In this document: positions 1-8,799 of the stretch, one piece after another
How the letters are laid out: each line of letters starts with the position of its first letter
Position numbering within the stretch: position 1 is the stretch's first letter
Source of the DNA: Akkermansia muciniphila
GTDB taxonomy: Bacteria; Verrucomicrobiota; Verrucomicrobiia; Limisphaerales; UBA9464
NCBI GenBank assembly: GCA_945861565.1
Contig: CAMAUY010000007.1
Span: forward strand, 3,116-67,115
Direction of reading: 5' to 3'
DNA: 64,000 nucleotides
Notes under the pieces: model-generated
Told to the model about the DNA's origin: nothing
The model's database searches: none
What the model saw: the letters and a program-made list of their open reading frames with translations, nothing else
Position numbers and translations under genes: made by a program

Positions 1-450
1 GGAAATCTCGCTCCGCACGCTCGCGCGCCGTTTCGCGAAATCTACGACGGCTTCCTTGGCTGTCACCCCTGCAGGCAGAAGGCGCAGCACTTCGAGGTAC
101 TCTTCAATGGCGAGGCTGACGGATTTACCGAATGGCCTCAGCTGCCCCGCTGAAACCCCGTAGGCGGCGATTTCGTCCCCGGTGGCACTCGCGGCCGCAA
201 CCTCTCCCCGCGACAGCTTGGCGGCGATCCCCTGAGCTTCCCTGCGGGCTTTCTTTTCGTCCGAGAACAGCCGACGCACTCGCTTTCGGCCGCCCTCGTC
301 TTTTGGCACGTAGTAAACGAGTTCGAAAGTTGGGTACCGTGCGCCGTTGACCGTGCGGCTGTAACTGTAGACCGACAGTTCGATGGATCCGGCCTTGACG
401 GTGAATGATTCTCGGGACTTGGGTTTTGATGGTTCCGCGTTCGCTGTCAT
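1..450 (-). CDS. tyrosine recombinase / phage-type integrase, N-terminal part only (start codon at 448-450, ORF runs off the left edge)
   Basis: The reverse strand is open for all 150 codons from ATG 450 down to position 1 (MTANAEPSKPKSRESFTVKAGSIELSVYSYSRTVNGARYPTFELVYYVPKDEGGRKRVRRLFSDEKKARREAQGIAAKL...). It is absent from the ORF track because it has no stop in the window. The N-terminal pattern is typical of integrase arm-binding regions. It starts 62 nt downstream of the 3' end of a same-strand tRNA. Confidence 0.5.
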   Translation of the reverse strand, partial: MTANAEPSKPKSRESFTVKAGSIELSVYSYSRTVNGARYPTFELVYYVPKDEGGRKRVRRLFSDEKKARREAQGIAAKLSRGEVAAASATGDEIAAYGVSAGQLRPFGKSVSLAIEEYLEVLRLLPAGVTAKEAVVDFAKRRASVRSEIS

Positions 451-512
451 GCGGCTACTATCATCAAAGTGCCATCAAAAAGTCAACCGTTCGCTTAAAC
501 GCCAAAAAAAGC

Positions 513-589
513 TGGTGCACGGGGCGGGGGTCGAACCCACAACCTTTGGCTTCGGAGGCCAACGCTCTATCCAATTGAGCTACCCGTGC
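513..589 (-). tRNA. tRNA-Arg (anticodon CCG), CCA encoded
   Basis: The reverse complement folds by hand into a cloverleaf: acceptor GCACGGG/CCCGTGC, D arm GCTC..GAGC, anticodon stem TTGGC/GCCAA with loop CTCCGAA, T arm GTGGG-TTCGACC-CCCGC, discriminator A plus CCA. Length 77 nt. Confidence 0.9.
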
Positions 590-669
590 ATGTCCGAAAG
601 ACTGCCCCAATCTAGGAACCACCCCGAAGTGCCGCAATGAGATTGTTTGAGACGTTTCGCCACGGGGCG

Positions 670-808
670 CGTCCCGAAGTTGTTGGTAGAGGTTGTTGCG
701 CTGCGACAACCCCGCCCGCGTTCAGCGCGCGGACAGGGGCCGCAGCGAGGTTCGTGCCGCGCCTGAACGGCGCGGGGACGCCGCAGCGCGGCGTCCGCTA
801 CCTTCTCC
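670..808. repeat. family-A structured repeat, copy 1 (right end truncated)
   Basis: Near-identical to 1773..1931 (cccgaagttgttggtagaggttgt..gcgctgcgacaaccccgcccgcg...gccgcgcctgaacggcgc.gggacgccgcagcgcggcgtccgctaccttctcc). It lacks the right terminal inverted repeat. Confidence 0.8.
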
Positions 809-828
809 AGTCAGAGACTCCCGCAACC

Positions 829-1058
829 GGCAGGACGGAGTTCTGCCCCTGGAGTTTGGACATTTTCGACTGTCCCGGAGGGACATGATGATAATAGCCT
901 GGCGTTGAAACGCCGGGCTATTGTCGATTGTCCCTCCGAGACACACGTGCGAGTGTATGGCCAAACTCCAGCGGCATGACGGAGTCCTGCCCCACATACG
1001 CCCAGCCGCAGGTTACATTCTGGAGGCAATTCGCGTGCCCAGAATGGCCAAACTCCAG
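829..1058. repeat. cluster of short REP-like repeats (families C and D)
   Basis: Family C core ctggagtttgg(a/c)cat, with an adjacent ggcaggacggagt.ctgcccc hairpin, occurs at 829-863 and inverted at 957-993 and 1043-1058. Family D is at 868-942 (gtcccggagggac ... tagcctggcgttgaaacgccgggctattgtcg ... gtccctccgagac) and recurs at 12408-12524. Confidence 0.75.
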
Positions 1059-1131
1059 TCTTTATCGGCGGACCCGAAGACTCGCGCGAAGTCGCGAAGC
1101 GTGCGGAATTATTTGCTGAGGACGCTTCGAG

Positions 1132-1686
1132 TCAGGCGCCATTCTGGCTCGGCTTGACGAAGGCGGCGAGCACGAGTCCCGCAATGGTCCAGGCCGACAC
1201 ATCATAGAAGGCCATCAACCAAGCCCAAGACGGAGCATGATGCCACCAGGCGACGGCCCCGGCGTCGGTGTGGACCGCGAGTGTAACCGCGGCGAGCATC
1301 ACAAAGAGCACCCGGCGCTTGTACGAATTCAGGACCGGAAAGGCCATCTGCATCAGGCACGCAATGAGAGCGACCGTGACCCATTCGATCAGGAACCCCC
1401 GCAACAGCAGGCTCGGATCCGGGAGAGGTCCGCCGGTTGAGCGGTAGTGGATCACAGCCAACGGGCCCTTCTGCGCCAATTCCTCGGCCCGCTTCGGTTC
1501 CGTAGAAAGACCCGGAACCGTGTAGGTGCCCGAGGCGTGCAGATGCTGCCGCAGCGCCTGCCCGAGGGCAGATTCATCTCGCGCCGTCAGACCAACACCT
1601 TTGGGCAAAGGGCCCATCCAGAACACCGCACCCCAGATGAACATGGCTACGGCACCGAGAAAACTTCCGAGGATGATTGGCTTCAT
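1132..1686 (-). CDS. hypothetical integral membrane protein
   Basis: Track ORF 1132..1746. Start moved to ATG 1684-1686 (MKPIILGSFLGAVAMFIWGAVFW...). About four hydrophobic helices. No family recognised. Confidence 0.6.
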   Translation of the reverse strand: MKPIILGSFLGAVAMFIWGAVFWMGPLPKGVGLTARDESALGQALRQHLHASGTYTVPGLSTEPKRAEELAQKGPLAVIHYRSTGGPLPDPSLLLRGFLIEWVTVALIACLMQMAFPVLNSYKRRVLFVMLAAVTLAVHTDAGAVAWWHHAPSWAWLMAFYDVSAWTIAGLVLAAFVKPSQNGA

Positions 1687-1772
1687 GGAGTCTCTTTGGT
1701 GTGTTGCCGTTGACGTTAACCACACCGGGTTGGTTAACGGGAGCAAAAAATAGGCCTCTGAATCAGCGGTGG

Positions 1773-1931
1773 TACATCCCGAAGTTGTTGGTAGAGGTTG
1801 TCGCGCTGCGACAACCCCGCCCGCGTCCAGCGGACGGAACGGGGTCGCTGCGCGGTTCGTGCCGCGCCTGAACGGCGCTGGGACGCCGCAGCGCGGCGTC
1901 CGCTACCTTCTCCAACAACTTCGGGATGCAC
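1773..1931. repeat. family-A structured repeat, full-length copy (about 159 bp) with 20-bp terminal inverted repeats
   Basis: The ends gtacatcccgaagttgttgg and ccaacaacttcgggatgcac are reverse complements with one mismatch. Internal hairpins are gttgtcgcgctgcgacaac and ggacgccgcagcgcggcgtcc. It sits directly after the stop of the ADH gene. Confidence 0.85.
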
Positions 1932-1954
1932 GGGCATCGGTGGGTGCAGTGCCA

Positions 1955-3058
1955 TCAACCCGGCACAATCACGCTCTTCGCCGACTGCCACGTTGCCGTC
2001 GTGCGCAATGCCTCGTCCGCCTGCTCGATCGTGAATCGGTGCGAAACCATTTCGTGGAAAGGAAACTCCTGTTGATGCCGGCGCAGAAACTCGATCGCCG
2101 CCTGCAAGTGTCGCGGCTCACTCGACCACGAGCCGAACACCTGCAGTTGCTTACGCGTGATGACGTGCGGGTTGAATGCCACCGTGCCCGCGTCGCAATA
2201 GTGGCCGAGCACGAGATACTTCCCGCCGTCGCGACACAGTTCCATTCCCTCGACGACCGCACTCGGATGACCTACGCATTCCAGCACCACGTCCGCACCG
2301 TAGCCTCCCGTCAGTTCGCGCACTCTCACGAGACGCGCTGCGGGTTCGCGGAGTTCGTTAAGGTCAATCACCACGTCCGCTCCAAAACGCTTCGCCATTT
2401 CGAGCCGATGGCTGGGCGCGCCGATGACGATGACCTTGCCAGCCCCCGCACTCTTCGCCACGGCGAGCGCCGCGATGCCAACCGGACCCGCCCCTTGAAC
2501 CACCACGTTGTCCTGCCACGCAATGCCCGTGCGCTCAATGCCGTGAATCGCTGTGATCAAGGCACAACCCGCGCCGATCACGGACTCCGTGGGCAGCTCA
2601 TCCGGAAGTTTGAAAATCGTCGTGCGCGGATGCAAGTAATGAAACTCCGCATAGCCACCGAGAAAATGCGGCGCACAATTGCACGGGTAGCCAATGCCGT
2701 AGGCCCGCCGCTGCGCGCAGCGCGTCGGCTGTTTCTTCACCGCGCAGTAGTAGCATTGGCCGCAGGAAACGGCGGAGTTCCATGTCACGCGATCGCCGAC
2801 CGTGAGCGGTTTGCCCGACCAGTCATTCTCGACACCTTCTCCCAACACCGCGATGCGCCCGACGGTCTCGTGGCCGAGAATCACCGGCAAAGGGATCGGC
2901 AACTGCCCTTGCCAAAGATGCACGTCGGTGCCGCAGATTCCGGCCATCTCCGTGCGCACCAGGACCGCGCCGCGCTCAACGCGCGAGGGGACTTCGTATT
3001 CGTGGAGTCGCAGCGGCGCGTTGAATGCTTCGAGGACCGAGGCTTTGGCAGTGCGCAT
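1955..3058 (-). CDS. zinc-dependent alcohol dehydrogenase family (MDR) oxidoreductase
   Basis: 367-aa ORF. Motifs: GICGTDVHLWQG, the ILGHETVGRI GHE motif, structural-Zn cysteine cluster CGQCYYCAVKKQPTRC, Rossmann VVVQGAGPVGIAA. Confidence 0.85.
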   Translation of the reverse strand: MRTAKASVLEAFNAPLRLHEYEVPSRVERGAVLVRTEMAGICGTDVHLWQGQLPIPLPVILGHETVGRIAVLGEGVENDWSGKPLTVGDRVTWNSAVSCGQCYYCAVKKQPTRCAQRRAYGIGYPCNCAPHFLGGYAEFHYLHPRTTIFKLPDELPTESVIGAGCALITAIHGIERTGIAWQDNVVVQGAGPVGIAALAVAKSAGAGKVIVIGAPSHRLEMAKRFGADVVIDLNELREPAARLVRVRELTGGYGADVVLECVGHPSAVVEGMELCRDGGKYLVLGHYCDAGTVAFNPHVITRKQLQVFGSWSSEPRHLQAAIEFLRRHQQEFPFHEMVSHRFTIEQADEALRTTATWQSAKSVIVPG

Positions 3059-3211
3059 AAGAGCGCCAGCATGGGGAACGGTGCGCAGCGGCTCAACGCG
3101 GAACTTGTCGTGAATCCGTTGCAGGGTCGTCGTGGGTCCCTCTCAACCCGCGGTCCCGGGGATTGAAGGACCGTTCACGTCGGTCAACACGTTCGAGACC
3201 ACGGACCCGAA

Positions 3212-4507
3212 TCACCGCTCCACGGCCGCCGTCCGTTTGGCTTCGGCGATGCAGTACAAGGCCGCTTGCGTGCGGAGGAAGATTTCACCATTCGAGAGGG
3301 CAAGCGTCGAGTTGGACAGTTCTCCGATCGGGTTAATGGCGATCACTTCAAACTTAGGTGCCGCCCGAAGAATGATCGTGTCCCCCGACTGATTGACCAC
3401 GAAGAGATGATCCCCCGATCGCACCATCGACCCCCAAGTCTGACCACTGGCCCCCGACGTCGGAAAGCGTTCTTCCCAGATGAGTTTGCCCGTCGCCAGT
3501 TCGAAACATTGCCCGAAGCCGTCGGTCGCACCTTGGTAAATATAGCCGTCCTTCACAATGGGCGACCCGATGGTGTGCTTCTTTAACCGGCGCTCGTAAA
3601 ACAGACGATCCGCAGTCCGGTCTCCGTGCCCGCCCGGCTTAACGAAGATCCCGCTGCCAAAATATCCGCCAAAGGCCACCAAGGTCCCCTCTCCAAACGT
3701 GGGCGAACTGTATGCCAGCGGGTTGACGCCGTCGACGTGCCACAATTGTTTCCCTGAACTCGGAGCAAACGCCTGCAGTTGGTTGACAACGGGAAGAATA
3801 ATTTCGTCCTGGGTTCCGGCTCGGATGACGAGCGGCGTGCTGAAGCTGCCGATCATGCCGTCATTTTTACCCGCAAAGCCATCCCACCGTTCCGGGGGGT
3901 GCTGTTCCTTGAGCGGGATATTCCACTGCACCTTGCCGGTCCGCTTGTCGAGCGCGTACAAGGCCGAAAAATCACCCGGCCCGTGATAAACGATGACTTG
4001 ATCCCCGTAGAGAACCGGGGAGGAACCCTGTCCCCATTCATGAACCTGTTTTCCCAAATCTGTTCGCCAGAGCTCGCGGCCGGAGAAGTCGTACGCCACC
4101 ACACCCGCCGACGCGAAGCTCACGACCACCCGCTCCCCATCGGTCACCGGGGACGCCGCGCAATGGGGATTGGTCTTGTGACGCGGATCCGCCGAATCGT
4201 AGGCGACTCCCTTCTGCCAGAGCTTCCTTCCCGTCGCCCGATCGAAAGCCATCAGTGTTCGCTCCTTGCCATCCCCCAAGGCCTGGGTGATGAATACGGT
4301 GCTACCCCAAACGACCGGCGACGAGTTTCCCGCTTCCGGCAGGACCGTCCGCCACTTCACATTCTTATCGCGGCTCCAGGCGAGGGGGAATTTGGTTTCC
4401 GGCGTAGTGCCGTCCTGATTCGGGCCACGCCAGGACGGCCAATTGGCCCCGGCTGCAATCGACGTCCAGGCCAGCGCACTCAACAAGCAAAGATGGGATA
4501 ATTTCAT
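3212..4507 (-). CDS. secreted PQQ-like beta-propeller repeat protein (BamB/YVTN-like)
   Basis: Signal peptide MKLSHLCLLSALAWTSIAAG. Also WPSWRGPNQDG and repeated blade motifs (SSPVVWGSTVFI, ASPVTDGERVVV, SSPVLYGDQVIV, SSPTFGEGTLV, GSPIVKDGYIY). Confidence 0.75.
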   Translation of the reverse strand: MKLSHLCLLSALAWTSIAAGANWPSWRGPNQDGTTPETKFPLAWSRDKNVKWRTVLPEAGNSSPVVWGSTVFITQALGDGKERTLMAFDRATGRKLWQKGVAYDSADPRHKTNPHCAASPVTDGERVVVSFASAGVVAYDFSGRELWRTDLGKQVHEWGQGSSPVLYGDQVIVYHGPGDFSALYALDKRTGKVQWNIPLKEQHPPERWDGFAGKNDGMIGSFSTPLVIRAGTQDEIILPVVNQLQAFAPSSGKQLWHVDGVNPLAYSSPTFGEGTLVAFGGYFGSGIFVKPGGHGDRTADRLFYERRLKKHTIGSPIVKDGYIYQGATDGFGQCFELATGKLIWEERFPTSGASGQTWGSMVRSGDHLFVVNQSGDTIILRAAPKFEVIAINPIGELSNSTLALSNGEIFLRTQAALYCIAEAKRTAAVER

Positions 4508-4531
4508 AGGAGGATTTAATGTCGCTGGCCC

Positions 4532-5281
<750 letters not shown>

Positions 5282-5347
5282 TTGGGTGACCCTGACACTG
5301 GAGTTTGACAGAGCGCCCAGTCGCAGTTCACGGAGGACGGGCTGAGA

Positions 5348-5382
5348 CTGGGAGTGGCCGCAGGGTTCGGCTCCACTCCCAG
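5348..5382 (-). other. perfect 10-bp-stem hairpin between ilvC stop and the downstream gene (function unknown)
   Basis: ctgggagtgg (5348-5357) and ccactcccag (5373-5382) are exact reverse complements with a 15-nt loop. No U-tract follows on the minus strand, so it is not a canonical intrinsic terminator. Confidence 0.3.
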
Positions 5383-5402
5383 CCTAAACCAGGGGGCAGG
5401 GG

Positions 5403-6425
5403 TCAGTAGGCAGCCTGGGCACCTTTGATCGACCGTTTCTGCATCCAGGGCATCATGGCTCGGAGCTTGGCGCCCGTCCGTTCAATTGGATGTTCTTCGC
5501 CAGCCCGAAGCAGGCTGTTGTACCGCTTGTAACCGGTCTCGTATTCCTTCACCCAATCGCTGGCAAATTTGCCGTTTTGAATGTCCTTTAACGCCGCTTT
5601 CATGCGTTTCTTCACGCTGGCATCGATGATCTTCGGCCCCACGGTTACGTCGCCCCATTTGGCCGTCTCAGAAACTGAGAAGCGCATGCCCGAAATCCCG
5701 GATTCGTTCATCAGGTCGACGATGAGCTTGAGCTCGTGGAGGCATTCGAAGTAGGCCATCTCCGGCGAGTACCCCGCTTCGACGAGAACCTCGAATCCCG
5801 CCTGCACCAGGGCGCAGGTCCCTCCGCACAAAACCGTCTGTTCACCAAACAAATCCGTTTCGGTCTCTTCCTTAAACGTCGTTTCGAGCACGCCCGCACG
5901 GGTACCGCCAATTCCCTTGGCCCACGCCAGGGCGGTTTTTCGTGCTTTGCCGGACTTGTTCTGGAAGATGGCGATCAGACTGGGGACGCCCTTCCCTTCG
6001 GTGTACTGCCGGCGAACGATGTGACCCGGTCCCTTCGGGGCGACGAGGATGACGTCAACTTCCGGTGGGGGAACGATTGTCTTAAAGTGAATGGAGAATC
6101 CGTGACTGAACAGGAGTGTCTTTCCCTCGGACAAGTTGGGGGCGATGTCTTTTTCATAAACCTTCGCCTGCTTCGTGTCGGGGATACCGACGAAGATGAC
6201 ATCCGCCCGCTTCACAGCGTCGGCGGTGGCAACGACTTCGAAGCCCTTGTCACGGGCAACTTTGATGGACTTCGAACCTTCGTACAGGCCGATGATGACC
6301 TGACAGCCGGAGTCCTTCAGGTTGAGCGCATGCGCGTGGCCTTGGGATCCAAAGCCGAGCACAGCGAGGGTTTTGCCTTTGAACACGCCCAAATCGGCGT
6401 CCTTATCGTGATATACTTTTGCCAT
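5403..6425 (-). CDS. ilvC: ketol-acid reductoisomerase (class I)
   Basis: 340 aa. [40 protein letters not shown] matches the canonical IlvC N-terminal NADPH-binding region. The C-terminal knotted domain is conserved. Confidence 0.95.
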   Translation of the reverse strand: MAKVYHDKDADLGVFKGKTLAVLGFGSQGHAHALNLKDSGCQVIIGLYEGSKSIKVARDKGFEVVATADAVKRADVIFVGIPDTKQAKVYEKDIAPNLSEGKTLLFSHGFSIHFKTIVPPPEVDVILVAPKGPGHIVRRQYTEGKGVPSLIAIFQNKSGKARKTALAWAKGIGGTRAGVLETTFKEETETDLFGEQTVLCGGTCALVQAGFEVLVEAGYSPEMAYFECLHELKLIVDLMNESGISGMRFSVSETAKWGDVTVGPKIIDASVKKRMKAALKDIQNGKFASDWVKEYETGYKRYNSLLRAGEEHPIERTGAKLRAMMPWMQKRSIKGAQAAY

Positions 6426-6577
6426 AAAAAACAGAAATCAGAATTTTCAGTTTACCAATCCATTCACCCGCCCGTTAACACCAAATCCGTTCACTCATAG
6501 TTTTTAGTTTTATCCCATCGTCACCGTTCCAAACCGACCGCGACCCGCCGGTGGGACTCGCAGTTGCGACAGCGTGA

Positions 6578-7051
6578 TCAGTCCCGCGGCAGGGCCACCT
6601 GCCCGGTCCGGGTCAGATCGAGGATGCCGAAATCCTTCATTAACATCAGGAATTTCTCAATCTTGGCCTCGCTGCCCGTGATCTCAATGGTGACAGACTT
6701 CAGTTGCACATCCACGATCTTGGCCCGGAACAACTCCGCCATCTGGGCCACTTCGGCACGGTTTTTCGAGTCCGAGCCAACCTTGACGAGCACCAGCTCA
6801 CGATCAATGTACTTGTCGGTGCCATAGTCGATCACTTTGACAACGTTGACGAGCTTGTTGAGCTGTTTGCAAATCTGCTCGACGGTCGCGTTATCGCCAC
6901 GGGTGACAATCGTCATTCGGCTGAGTGTCGGATCATGGGTCGGCCCGACGTTGAGGGTGTCAATGTTGTAGCCACGGCCACTAAAGAGACCCGTCACCCG
7001 GGTCAAGACCCCGAATTTATTCTCCACCAGGACTGAAATCGTATGTCGCAT
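6578..7051 (-). CDS. ilvH: acetolactate synthase small (regulatory) subunit
   Basis: Start moved to internal ATG 7049-7051 (MRHTISVLVENKFGVLTRVTGLFSGRGYNIDTLNVGPT, an ACT domain). The track ORF 6578..7150 extends upstream through a hairpin. Confidence 0.9.
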   Translation of the reverse strand: MRHTISVLVENKFGVLTRVTGLFSGRGYNIDTLNVGPTHDPTLSRMTIVTRGDNATVEQICKQLNKLVNVVKVIDYGTDKYIDRELVLVKVGSDSKNRAEVAQMAELFRAKIVDVQLKSVTIEITGSEAKIEKFLMLMKDFGILDLTRTGQVALPRD

Positions 7052-7120
7052 AACCGGTCCGCAATCACCGCAAAAATCATTCTGCAAGAGCTGTTCTACC
7101 CGTTCCGTCTTCCCATCTCG

Positions 7121-7258
7121 TTTTTCGAAAATAAAAACCCGCGTCCCCAACCAAAACCGGGAATCGCGGGCGACCTTGGGAACCGGAATTCACCGCAGGC
7201 CGCATCAAACCCGTACAATCGGGACGACGTGGACAACGCTGGATCCGAATGAAATCAT
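7121..7258 (-). promoter_or_regulatory. candidate ilv leader: 17-codon Val/Ile-rich mini-ORF (7258..7205) plus terminator-like hairpin and U-tract (7170..7121)
   Basis: The minus strand reads ATG ATT TCA TTC GGA TCC AGC GTT GTC CAC GTC GTC CCG ATT GTA CGG GTT TGA = MISFGSSVVHVVPIVRV*. After 34 nt comes the hairpin cccgcg-au-uccc/loop/ggga-cgcggg (7170-7138), followed by UUUUUAUUUU. The U-tract ends about 70 nt before the ilvH ATG. Confidence 0.4.
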
Positions 7259-7551
7259 CGGCCGCGCACGCTACGGAGAGTGACGGCGGGGGTCAACTGC
7301 TTTTTCCCCGTCGGCCGATCCGGATCGGATGCCTTACTTCCGAGCCTTGACTTCCGGCGGCTTCTCGTCGCGCAATAGACGGATGACTTGTGCGGCCTGC
7401 AATGTCCTTGGCGGGGTGGCACTGGCCGGTCCGGCCCGAGCTGCTGCTGCCGCGCCCACCGGTCTGCATCGCCGCTGAACTTTCACAGCGTTCGCTGATG
7501 CAGCCCGGGAAATTCGCTTTCCCGACCGTAACGCTTTGTCCCAAACCTCCC

Positions 7552-8754
7552 ATGTCCTCATCCATCCCAACTCGTAATTTCGTGGCGGATCACGTTGCGG
7601 GCATTCCGCGCTCCGGCATCCGTGATTTTTTTGAACTGGTGCAAAACACCACCGGCGTCATCTCGCTCGGTGTGGGAGAGCCGGATTTCGTCACTCCCTG
7701 GCATATTCGCGAAGCGGCCATCTATGCCTTGGAACAGGGCCGCACTCAATACACCTCCAACTTGGGACTCCTCAAGCTCCGGGAAGCGATCAGCACCTAC
7801 GTGGAACGGAAGTTTGGAGTGCTCTATGACCCGAAGACCCAGGTGCTGGTCGCCGTCGGCGTCAGCGAGGCGCTGGATCTGGCGCTCCGCGCGGTTCTGA
7901 ACCCCGGAGACGAAGTGATCTACCACGAGCCGTGTTATGTGAGCTACGCACCGAGCGTCGTTCTGGCGCACGCACGGCCGGTGCCGATCGCCTGCCGGCC
8001 GGAAAATGGATTTGTCGTGACCGCCCAGGCCATCGAGGCGGCGATCACCCCCCGAAGCAAGGTGTTGCTGCTTTCGTTTCCGACCAATCCTACCGGCGGC
8101 ACCATGACCCGCGAGCAACTGCTGGAAATCGCCAAGGTGGCCTGCCGCCACGATCTGCTGGTGCTCACCGACGAAATCTACAGCGAACTGACCTTCGAAG
8201 GGGAACACACCAGCATCGCCAGTCTGCCGGGCATGGCGGAGCGCACCATTTTTCTGCACGGATTTTCGAAAGCCTTCGCGATGACCGGCTTTCGGATTGG
8301 CTATGCGTGCGGCCCCGCCGCGCTGATCGATGCCATGATGAAGGTGCACCAGTACGCGATCATGTGTGCGAGCATCATTGCACAAGAGGCCGCCATCGAG
8401 GCTCTGGTCAACGGGGAACCGGCGGCGGCGGCGATGCGCGAGCAATATAAGTTGCGCCGGAATTTTATTGTGAAATCCCTCAACGAAATGGGCCTCGAGT
8501 GTCATCTGCCGCGCGGTTCATTCTACGCATTTCCGCGCATCACCAGCACGGGACTTTCCTCCAAGGAATTTGCCCTGGGCTTGCTCAAGGAGGAGAAAGT
8601 CGCGTGCGTGCCCGGCGGTGCCTTTGGACCCAGCGGCGAGGGATTTGTCCGGTGCTGCTTTGCGACCGCCTTTGATCCATTGCAAATCGCCATGCAACGC
8701 ATGGCAAACTTTGTGGAACGACAACGCGCGAAGACGTCCCGCGCGGTCGGCTAA
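7552..8754 (+). CDS. pyridoxal-phosphate-dependent aminotransferase, class I/II (aspartate/aromatic type)
   Basis: Start moved to ATG 7552 (MSSSIPTRNFVADHVAGIPRSGIRDFFELV), giving 400 aa. PLP-lysine motif SFSKAFAMTGFRIGY and PTNPTG are present. Confidence 0.85.
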   Translation: MSSSIPTRNFVADHVAGIPRSGIRDFFELVQNTTGVISLGVGEPDFVTPWHIREAAIYALEQGRTQYTSNLGLLKLREAISTYVERKFGVLYDPKTQVLVAVGVSEALDLALRAVLNPGDEVIYHEPCYVSYAPSVVLAHARPVPIACRPENGFVVTAQAIEAAITPRSKVLLLSFPTNPTGGTMTREQLLEIAKVACRHDLLVLTDEIYSELTFEGEHTSIASLPGMAERTIFLHGFSKAFAMTGFRIGYACGPAALIDAMMKVHQYAIMCASIIAQEAAIEALVNGEPAAAAMREQYKLRRNFIVKSLNEMGLECHLPRGSFYAFPRITSTGLSSKEFALGLLKEEKVACVPGGAFGPSGEGFVRCCFATAFDPLQIAMQRMANFVERQRAKTSRAVG

Positions 8755-8799
8755 AAGGCGGGTGCCACGCTGCCGACGCCGGCGCGGGCAGCGGCGCGA

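Noticed and set aside
637-1029. Several 70-90-aa ORFs on both strands (also 1734..1991, 1798..2034, 12576..13211, 31960..32268, 61592..61826).
   Set aside because: All are read through families A-D repeat copies. The same peptide strings recur wherever the repeat recurs.
1769-3166. 465-aa plus-strand ORF, and similar long ORFs antisense to confident genes: 3779..4501, 4616..5308, 5736..6500, 7558..8505, 18211..19050, 32435..33205, 36916..37665, 48257..48994, 53735..54451, 57615..58355, 61774..62559.
   Set aside because: These are shadow ORFs typical of GC-rich DNA. They lie opposite genes with strong family motifs. Their translations are Arg/Ala/Pro/Gly-rich with no recognisable motifs.
7293-7570. 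78-aa and 90-aa minus-strand ORFs in the ilvH/aminotransferase intergenic region.
   Set aside because: They are Arg/Ala/Gly-rich with no motifs, and they overlap the aminotransferase start. They are probably non-coding, although the region is long (about 400 bp) and contains a 14-bp perfect palindrome, ccgatccggatcgg (7315-7328), of unknown role.
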